Shown here piece by piece: positions 59,396 to 64,000 of a DNA stretch of 64,000 nucleotides. Made by a program: the position numbers and the translations under genes. The DNA is from Dehalococcoidia bacterium (GTDB taxonomy: Bacteria > Chloroflexota > Dehalococcoidia > Lucifugimonadales > UBA3495): NCBI GenBank assembly GCA_965216025.1, contig CBDCEX010000018.1:556837-620836 (forward strand), read 5' to 3'. The first letter of the stretch is position 1. Each line of letters starts with the position of its first letter. The notes below the pieces were generated by a model. That model worked only from the letters and a program-made list of their open reading frames with translations. It did not search any database and was not told where the DNA came from.

Positions 59396-61231
59396 GTGGG
59401 GTATCAACCGATCGAGAACTACGGGGTCATCGGAAACATGCGGACGGTGGCCCTGGTAGGGATGAACGGGTCCATCGACTGGTTCTGTTGCCCGAATTTC
59501 GATTCCCCCAGCGTCTTCGCCGCCATTCTCGATGACAAGAAAGGCGGTCACTTCTCCATCGCGCCCGCCGTCACCGGGGTTACTCACAAGCAAATCTACT
59601 GGCCGGAGACCAACGTGCTCGTGACCCGCTTTCTCTCCCCGGACGGGGTCGCGGAGGTGATCGATTTCATGCCCGTGGGAAGCCTTCAGGAACAACATGG
59701 GCACAGTGAATTGATCCGTCGAGTGAACGTGGTTCGAGGCAGCATGCCCTTTCGGATGGAATGTTTCCCAGCCTTTAACTACGCCCGGGATCAACACGAA
59801 ACCCACCTGAACGAATCGGGCGCCGCGTTTCGGTCCCCGGCCATCAATCTTCAGCTCTCCACCACTCTGCCGTTGGAACGGGCCGGCCCGGGTCTCACCG
59901 CGGAATTCACTTTGCACGAGGGGCAGACTGAGACCTTTGCCATCGGAGAAATCCAATCCCAGTCGGCCGACTATCATCCCTTCTCTGAAGCGGAAAGTGA
60001 AGAGCTGTTCGAGGACACGGTGGCCTACTGGCGGCGCTGGCTGTCCCAGTGTGCCTATAAGGGCCGGTGGCGGGAGATGGTGGAGCGGTCGGCGCTGGTG
60101 CTGAAGCTGCTCACTTACCAGCCGACCGGCGCCATCGTCGCGGCACCCACCTGCAGCCTGCCCGAGGAGTTGGGCGGAGAGCGCAACTGGGACTACCGGT
60201 ACACCTGGATTAGAGACGCCGCCTTCACTCTCTACGGCCTGCTCCGCATCGGGTTCACCGATGAGGCCGCCGGGTTCATGAAATGGATCGAGGCCCGGGC
60301 CGGCGAGCTGAACCCGGACGGCTCCCTGCAGATCATGTACGGCATCGACGGACGGCATCAGTTGACCGAGGAAAGTCTGGACCACCTGGAGGGGTACAAG
60401 GGCTCTCGGCCGGTCCGCATCGGTAACGGCGCTTATGGGCAGCTGCAGCTGGATATTTACGGCGAGCTGATGGACTCGGTATACCTGTACAACAAGTATG
60501 GGGCGCCCATTTCCTACGATTTCTGGGTTCATCTGCGACGGCTGACCAACTGGGTGGCCGACAACTGGCAGCGGCAGGATGAGGGAATCTGGGAAGTCCG
60601 GGGCGGCCAGCAGCACTTCGTCTACTCCAAACTCATGTGCTGGGTCGCCCTCGACCGGGCACTGCGGCTGGCCGACCGGCGCTCCTTCCCCGCCGACCGA
60701 GAACGATGGCACCAAGTTCGAGACCAGATTTACGAGGAAATCATGGAGCGCGGCTGGAGTGACAGCCGCCAAGCCTTTGTCCAATCCTACGGCAGCGATG
60801 CCCTGGACGCTTCGAACCTGATGATGCCGTTAGTGTTTTTCATGGCTCCGTCGGATCCGAGGATGATCAGTACCCTGGACGCCATCAACCGCTCGCCGGA
60901 GCAGGGGGGACTGGTATCCAACAGCCTGGTCTACCGATACAACGTGAGCCGGACCGAGGACGGTCTCTCCGGTGATGAAGGCACCTTTAATATCTGCACC
61001 TTCTGGTTGGTGGAAGCCTTGACCCGGGCCGGGCGGGTGGAGCGGCACCGCCTGAACGAGGCCCGGCTTATGTTTGAAAAGATGCTGAGCTACGCCAACC
61101 ACCTGGGACTTTACGCCGAGGAAACCGGCCACAGCGGCGAGGGGTTGGGGAACTTCCCCCAGGCCTTTACCCACCTGGCTCTGATCAGCGCCGCCTTCAA
61201 TCTGGACCGAGCCCTCGGCGGTGGCAGGTAG
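59396..61231 (+). CDS. Glycoside hydrolase family 15 (trehalase/glucoamylase-like)
   Basis: Motifs GSIDWFC, SLPE...[35 protein letters not shown]. Confidence 0.95.
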   Translation: MGYQPIENYGVIGNMRTVALVGMNGSIDWFCCPNFDSPSVFAAILDDKKGGHFSIAPAVTGVTHKQIYWPETNVLVTRFLSPDGVAEVIDFMPVGSLQEQHGHSELIRRVNVVRGSMPFRMECFPAFNYARDQHETHLNESGAAFRSPAINLQLSTTLPLERAGPGLTAEFTLHEGQTETFAIGEIQSQSADYHPFSEAESEELFEDTVAYWRRWLSQCAYKGRWREMVERSALVLKLLTYQPTGAIVAAPTCSLPEELGGERNWDYRYTWIRDAAFTLYGLLRIGFTDEAAGFMKWIEARAGELNPDGSLQIMYGIDGRHQLTEESLDHLEGYKGSRPVRIGNGAYGQLQLDIYGELMDSVYLYNKYGAPISYDFWVHLRRLTNWVADNWQRQDEGIWEVRGGQQHFVYSKLMCWVALDRALRLADRRSFPADRERWHQVRDQIYEEIMERGWSDSRQAFVQSYGSDALDASNLMMPLVFFMAPSDPRMISTLDAINRSPEQGGLVSNSLVYRYNVSRTEDGLSGDEGTFNICTFWLVEALTRAGRVERHRLNEARLMFEKMLSYANHLGLYAEETGHSGEGLGNFPQAFTHLALISAAFNLDRALGGGR

Positions 61232-61272
61232 AATGCCCCGCCAAAACAGGAGCCGAAACAGGAAATCGAAAC

Positions 61273-62355
61273 ATGAAGGCCCTTAGTATCAGGCCGGGAA
61301 CCGCCGATTCGATGGCGCTGGTGGACGTGCCCGAACCCCCGATGGGGAGGCAGGACGTCCTGGTAAAAGTAGTGCGGGTCGGTATCTGCGGGACGGACCA
61401 GGAGTTGAAGCAGGGGCTCTATGGCCAGGCGCCTCCGGACAGTGATCAACTGATTATCGGGCACGAGGCACTGGGTCGGGTAGCCGAAGTCGGTCCCGAG
61501 GTGGAGAATTTCGCCGTCGGTGACTACGTGGTGGCCTCGGTTCGGCGCCCCTGCCAGCACGCCCATTGTGGACCCTGCGTCAGCGGCGAGAACGACATGT
61601 GCCTGACCGGCGATTACCTGGAGCGGGGTATCAACCGGCAGCACGGATTTATCTCCGAATTCTATAGCGAACACCAGCGATGGCTCACCAAGATTCCCGC
61701 TGCGATTGAACCCGTAGGCGTTTTTCTGGAGCCCCTCTCCGTCGTCGAGAAGGCGATACGGCAGAGCTTCAAGATTCAGGAGCGCCTCCCCTGGAAGGTC
61801 GGAAACGCGGTGGTGTTGGGCGCCGGCACCATCGGGCTGCTGGGTGCGATGTTACTCCGAATGAGGGGTATCAACACCTACGTACTGGACCGGTCGGAAT
61901 CGGGTGGGTTTAAATCCCGGCTGATCGCCGATTTGGGCGGCCATCACATCAATAGCCGGGAAACGCCCCTATCCGAGGTTGCCCCTGATCTCGGCCCCAT
62001 CGACTTCGTTCTTGAGGCCACGGGCTACGCGCCTTTGGGTTTCCAGGCCTTCCAACACCTGGCTCCGGATGGGCTGGTTTGCCTGCTGGGGGTCGCCGGT
62101 GGGAGCCAGGAAATTTCGGTTGACGCGATGGAGTTCAACAACCGCATGGTCTTGGGCAATCGGCTGGTGTTTGGCTCGGTTAACGCCAGCCTGGCCGACT
62201 TCCGATCCGGGGCTGAGCACCTACAGGAAATCAACCAGCAGTGGCCGGGAACCTTGGAAAGGATGTTGACCCGCCGCGCGTCGCTGGGTGAGTTCCCGGC
62301 GGCCTTTGACCGCCAGCCCGACGATATTAAAGTGCTAATTGAGATGGACGCTTAG
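61273..62355 (+). CDS. Glucose 1-dehydrogenase (Zn-dependent MDR type)
   Basis: Motifs GICGTD, GHEALG, VRRPC, ERGI...[15 protein letters not shown]. Confidence 0.88.
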   Translation: MKALSIRPGTADSMALVDVPEPPMGRQDVLVKVVRVGICGTDQELKQGLYGQAPPDSDQLIIGHEALGRVAEVGPEVENFAVGDYVVASVRRPCQHAHCGPCVSGENDMCLTGDYLERGINRQHGFISEFYSEHQRWLTKIPAAIEPVGVFLEPLSVVEKAIRQSFKIQERLPWKVGNAVVLGAGTIGLLGAMLLRMRGINTYVLDRSESGGFKSRLIADLGGHHINSRETPLSEVAPDLGPIDFVLEATGYAPLGFQAFQHLAPDGLVCLLGVAGGSQEISVDAMEFNNRMVLGNRLVFGSVNASLADFRSGAEHLQEINQQWPGTLERMLTRRASLGEFPAAFDRQPDDIKVLIEMDA

Positions 62356-62416
62356 CCAGGAATCATGAAACCGGTTCTGCCCTGGGCATCCCAAACTTGA
62401 TGGTGGAGGAATTTCC

Positions 62417-63517
62417 ATGGCCCACACCACAGTGCTAGTAATGGTAGATGGTCTGGATCCCCAATATCTGGCTAGTTGCCCGGCGCCCAATTTTAAAGAG
62501 CTGGCCAAAAAGGGGTTTCAGACGGAGGTCAGGGCGATGATGCCCACCGTCACCAACGTTAACAATACTTCCCTCGTAACCAACAGCTATCCCGAGTCCC
62601 ACGGCATCACTTCCAATTATTGGCTGGATCGGGAATCCGGATCCGAGCATTATATGGAGTCAGGGGAGTATATCCAGAACGAGACCATGTTCCAGCGAGC
62701 GACCCGACAAGGCGCCAGGTCACTCCTGATTAGCTCCAAAGACAAACTGAGGAAACTGCTGGGAGATGGGGCTACGCTGGCCTTCTCTTCCGAAGAGCCG
62801 GACAGTCGGGTAGTAGCTGCTATTGGTCAGCCACCTCCGGTCTACTCTCTGGAGGTGAATGGCTGGATCATGGACGCGGCCCGTCATATCCTGACCCAGG
62901 AAAACTACGACCTGGTTTATTTGACCACCACCGACTACGCAATGCACACCTACGCTCCCGAACAACCGGAATCATCGGACCACCTGGCTCTGTTGGACCG
63001 AGCCGTCGGCTTGCTGATGGAGAGCCTTCCCGACGCCGAAATCCTGATTACCGCCGACCACGGTATGTCTTCCAAAAGCCGCATGATTCATCTACCCGCC
63101 GAGCTGGAGCGGCACGGCATCCAGGCCCGGGCCGTACCCATCATCAAAGACCTGTATACGGTGCATCACTCCAACCTGGGGGGCTGCATTTACCTTTATC
63201 TGGATGAACGGGACCGGGAGCGAGCCCTAGGTATTTTCAACGACCTGGACGGGGTGGATCAAGCGTTGGACCGGGAGGCGGCGGCCCATAGATTCCGGCT
63301 CATGGGCAGCCGGATTGGGGACATAATGGTCCTGGGCGCCGCTGATGTGGTCTTTGGAGATCCGTCCGAAGTAACCATGCCCGGCAGTTTGCGCAGCCAC
63401 GGATCCCTTTACGAGGAAAAGGTACCGGTGATTGGCTGGGGCGGTAATTTTGGTGGGTTCGATTTCCTTGAGAACAAGGACCTGGGCCGCTATGTGTTCG
63501 AGCGGGTCCTGCCTTGA
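62417..63517 (+). CDS. Alkaline-phosphatase-superfamily protein, phosphonoacetate hydrolase-like
   Basis: Motifs VDG, MPTVTNVNN, TTDYAMH, TADHGM, HHSNLG, LRSHGS. Confidence 0.8.
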   Translation: MAHTTVLVMVDGLDPQYLASCPAPNFKELAKKGFQTEVRAMMPTVTNVNNTSLVTNSYPESHGITSNYWLDRESGSEHYMESGEYIQNETMFQRATRQGARSLLISSKDKLRKLLGDGATLAFSSEEPDSRVVAAIGQPPPVYSLEVNGWIMDAARHILTQENYDLVYLTTTDYAMHTYAPEQPESSDHLALLDRAVGLLMESLPDAEILITADHGMSSKSRMIHLPAELERHGIQARAVPIIKDLYTVHHSNLGGCIYLYLDERDRERALGIFNDLDGVDQALDREAAAHRFRLMGSRIGDIMVLGAADVVFGDPSEVTMPGSLRSHGSLYEEKVPVIGWGGNFGGFDFLENKDLGRYVFERVLP

Positions 63518-63657
63518 TGCCTGGGATGCCCGTAATCGCCCTTTCGCGGGTCTTTTACCCGGAGCAGGTGCAAAGGGAGTCAATAGCTTATATCATGAGG
63601 GTTGCAGTCCATAACCCTCAGACCTAAATTAGGTTGGGAGTCGACGGGAGAAGATAC

Positions 63658-64000
63658 ATGGCGACGCAAGCCTCACGAGACCGGGACATCGCGATAGTCG
63701 GAGTGGCCGAGTCCGATGAGATGGGCACCGTCCCCAACAAATCGTCCTTACAGCATCATGCCGAAGCGGCCTACAATGCCCTGGAAGACGCCGGTCTTTC
63801 CAAGAATGACGTCAACGGGCTGTTCACCGCCGGGTTTTCCACCCTGGCCACCGCCGAGTACCTGGGGATTCAACCAGGTTTTACCGACAGTACCTACGTT
63901 GGCGGTTCCTCCTTCGTCATCCACGTCGCCCACGCCGCGGCCGCCATCCGAGCGGGCTACTGCGATGTGGCCCTTATCACCCACGGGCAGGCCGGCAGGT
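63658..64000 (+). CDS. Thiolase (SCP-x type), partial, runs off the window end
   Basis: MATQASRDRDIAIVGVAES...ALEDAGL...AEYLGI...VGGSSF...AIRAGYCDVALITHG. Confidence 0.88.
   Translation, partial: MATQASRDRDIAIVGVAESDEMGTVPNKSSLQHHAEAAYNALEDAGLSKNDVNGLFTAGFSTLATAEYLGIQPGFTDSTYVGGSSFVIHVAHAAAAIRAGYCDVALITHGQAGR

Noticed and set aside
59060-60784. 574-aa minus-strand ORF
   Set aside because: It is a shadow of the GH15 gene caused by GC-rich codon bias and has no motifs. The same applies to 10516-11451, 33971-34888 and 45382-46287.

Overview
A GC-rich bacterial chromosomal window. The gene content (LLM monooxygenase, F420-type PPOX protein, small CxxC proteins) suggests Chloroflexota, probably Dehalococcoidia/SAR202-like, but this is inference. 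It is mostly housekeeping and metabolic genes: trpD-(insert)-trpCFB, glcDEF, leuB, metF, acpS, nnr, two radC, ggt, pstSCAB-phoU, sulfite reductase-hemD, purQL and sugar enzymes. Mobile DNA is dense: two adjacent or nested group IIC introns at the left edge, seven IS copies (IS5, 2x ISAs1, 2x IS630, IS701-like, IS66; about 9 kb) and three families of palindromic miniature repeats. The strongest unannotated signal is upstream of the sulfite reductase. A near-consensus sigma70 promoter is followed by an almost leaderless 18-codon ORF (MSSQINLFCRCTCTCPPT) and alternative antiterminator/terminator hairpins, which fits a cysteine-sensing ribosome-dependent transcription attenuator. Other notable items are an ORF-less IIC intron apparently inserted 1 nt inside a sister intron, a foreign zinc-ribbon plus 2-TM cassette inside the trp operon, and an orphan Asp-to-Glu response regulator. 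All product calls come from motif recognition by eye; no searches were run.
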